Positions 63,741 through 64,000 of a stretch of 64,000 bases of DNA are shown here, one piece after another. Origin of the DNA: an uncultured Pseudobdellovibrionaceae bacterium. GTDB lineage: Bacteria > Bdellovibrionota > Bdellovibrionia > Bdellovibrionales > JAGQZY01. Every line of letters starts with the position of its first letter. The first letter of the stretch is position 1. The DNA lies in NCBI GenBank assembly GCA_964588335.1, contig CAZPOV010000020.1, forward strand, positions 1 to 64,000, in the 5' to 3' direction. Under the pieces are notes generated by a model. It did no database searches, was not told where the DNA came from, and saw only the letters and a program-made list of their open reading frames with translations. Position numbers and translations under genes: made by a program.

Positions 63741-64000
63741 TATATTTAATTAGTCACCAGACCAAAAGCCCAGGTAGACGTCTAAATCTCAAAAAAGATG
63801 GGAACCCAAGAACATAAACCAAATTTTTCTTTACCCCTAACGAGTTTACATCTAAATTAATAAGAAACGAAAGGATAACTGCTACAGGTTAAATTAACTC
63901 AATCAACCGTGAAATTTCAAGCAGTCTAAGAAAATGAAGAATATCGATTCCACATTAACTTCCAAACGTTCTATTATCATAGCCTTTTTAATTGTTTCTG

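Noticed and set aside
1-64000. Looked for CRISPR arrays, tRNA/rRNA genes, transposases, integrases, phage modules, restriction-modification systems or other known defence genes
   Set aside because: I found no regularly spaced direct repeats, no tRNA-like cloverleaf candidates in the intergenic regions I read, and no ORF with nuclease, helicase, methyltransferase, recombinase or capsid-like motifs. An Infernal or tRNAscan run would be needed to be certain about small RNAs.

Overview
This is a gene-dense 64-kb chromosomal segment with about 58 protein-coding genes. I saw no rRNA, tRNA, CRISPR array, transposase, integrase or phage genes. GC content looks mid-40s % by eye (not computed), and the last ~1.8 kb is visibly more AT-rich. 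The gene content suggests a Bdellovibrio-like/Oligoflexia-type Gram-negative: many lipoproteins and secreted hypotheticals, an L,D-transpeptidase, a LAS-type peptidase, MoxR-DUF58, a Hanks kinase and a type IV pilin-like protein. That taxonomic guess is low-confidence inference. Recognisable housekeeping genes are ppx/ppk1/ppa (polyphosphate and pyrophosphate), nnr, fadD and proBAC. Recognisable transporters are a BCCT transporter with an MscS channel, and a sodium:solute symporter. There is also an arsC-acr3 arsenic operon. Four things deserve a second look. (1) Two paralogous partner-switching-like loci (13.6-16.7 kb and 51.7-54.7 kb) are built from a GHKL kinase-like protein and an unusual STAS protein with a C-terminal four-Cys, zinc-ribbon-like extension (three paralogues). 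One locus pairs them with a HAMP-PP2C sensor phosphatase. The other has an MBL-fold hydrolase in the equivalent place. Neither has a sigma factor or other obvious output. (2) A ~115-bp structured repeat occurs twice, in opposite orientations, at the only two convergent gene junctions with free space. Its core is conserved and its long outer stem has changed by fully compensatory substitutions. (3) A bona fide three-cysteine MerR homologue with a near-canonical mer operator/promoter and an apparently leaderless start heads the arsC-acr3 operon, not mer genes. (4) A ~0.9-kb ORF-free, AT-rich gap with a minus-strand terminator lies upstream of proB. All family assignments come from motif recognition by eye, with no database searches.
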